In this document: positions 63,117 through 64,000 of the stretch, one piece after another | Position numbering within the stretch: the stretch's first letter is position 1 | Layout: each line of letters opens with the position of its first letter | Source of the DNA: Selaginella moellendorffii | Taxonomy: Eukaryota; Plantae; Lycopodiophyta | Reading direction: 5' to 3' | NCBI RefSeq assembly: GCF_000143415.4 | Contig: NW_003314335.1 | Span: 526,113 to 590,112, forward strand | DNA length: 64,000 bases | The notes under the pieces: generated by a model | The model's input: only the letters and a program-made list of their open reading frames with translations | Database searches by the model: none | What the model was told of the DNA's origin: nothing | Made by a program: the position numbers and the translations under genes

Positions 63117-64000
63117 AAGCTCTATTTCGTTAAAGTGGGAATTGTCATTATCCCACTTGTAAAATAAGGTTTCCAAACCTTTATATAGTATATAAATATA
63201 ACAAAATTCAATTGCATTGAGGCACATGCCATTTTATTTTAAACAAGGAAATGTCTACTCAATCACTTCTCCTCCCCCTGCCACTGCTTCACCTCTCTCT
63301 TCTCCTTGTCATCGTCGTCCAATTTCTTTCCATCCTTTTAATATTGGCTCAGTTGCTCCGAGTCTAGGTGGAGCCCAAGTCCCCATTCAATCTTTACTTT
63401 CCCCTTATTAATAAAACAACTTTGTAGACTTCCAATAACATGCTGTAACACTTCTAGTATAATGCAAATCCTCTCAAAGAATTGTCTTTTAATATTAATA
63501 CAATGGCATGGAACCCCATGCCATAATAAGTTACATTTTTAAATAAATACATGCCATCTCAGACTGTTATTTTTTGCCTCCAACGCCTATACAATAATCT
63601 TGGAATTTTATCACTCTCCACACTATCAGGATTTAAACCCAATAGTAATGCCATCTCTTCTCTAATACGTCCACGCTCATGTTCAGTGGTCGAAGAACCC
63701 ATCCGGTTGAGCAGATTATGGAGATGCGGATAGTGCTTGGCTAGACAATATACATGCCATAAATGATGACTGGTGTCTGTCCGATCAAATGGCTTCTAAT
63801 ATACCGTTCCATCTGCCATTTGGTTGATTTCTGCAGCCACCTCCTGGACTGGCCGGTTCTCTATCACCATCGCTCCAAGCCGGTTTGCAAGGTCCCCCAG
63901 AACATACGGTTTCTTCTCCCTAGTTTCCATACTGCAAGAGATGGGGTGCACTGCATATGTGTGCGTGTTCGCTGCAGTTTTAATCGGCGAGTCATCGATG
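63117..64000 (-). mobile_element. Right end of the Sola-like transposon, inverted, with the probable 3' end of ORF2 (minus strand, ending in TGA at 63559)
   Basis: 24-bp TIR copy; 22-bp palindrome at 63503-63524; minus-strand frame open from 63999 to 63559 apart from one TAG at 63796-63798. Confidence 0.75.

Noticed and set aside
45891-63140. Direct-repeat-bounded 17-kb element, or two separate tandem transposons
   Set aside because: The inverted TSD and inverted host flank are explained more simply by one TIR element plus an inversion

Overview
Land-plant nuclear DNA. The 55-75 nt introns, TTTAGGG repeats and Cassandra TRIMs suggest a compact-intron seedless plant such as Selaginella (inference). 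The first ~10 kb is gene space: a frameshifted secreted bulb-type lectin, an intact 7-exon POP4/Rpp29 gene with a telo box, and a UPF0114 gene that appears frameshifted. From ~10.5 kb onward the window is nested transposons, many of which can be bounded by target-site duplications (TSDs). Left nest: old Ty3/gypsy < chromovirus 'B' (TSD CCTGG) < non-coding LTR family 'A' (TSD AAAGG) < two further A elements < an A solo LTR, plus a B solo LTR carrying a Cassandra. Right nest: LTR family 'C' < C < A < a Sola-like DNA transposon (24-bp TIR, 4-bp TSD CTAA) < a tandem C element, followed by an inversion starting at ~62296. The most unusual object is the Sola-like transposon. It carries an intact 1022-aa transposase, a divergent second gene with a ParB/Srx-like motif, and about 12 dispersed copies of a 22-bp palindrome (ATGGCRTGNGGCCNCAYGCCAT), which resembles a ParB/parS pair (hypothesis). 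Families A and B also share a multi-hairpin 3' element with twin tRNA T-loop-like hairpins. Families A, B and C share an LTR promoter module. All protein family assignments come from motif recognition by eye, not database searches.
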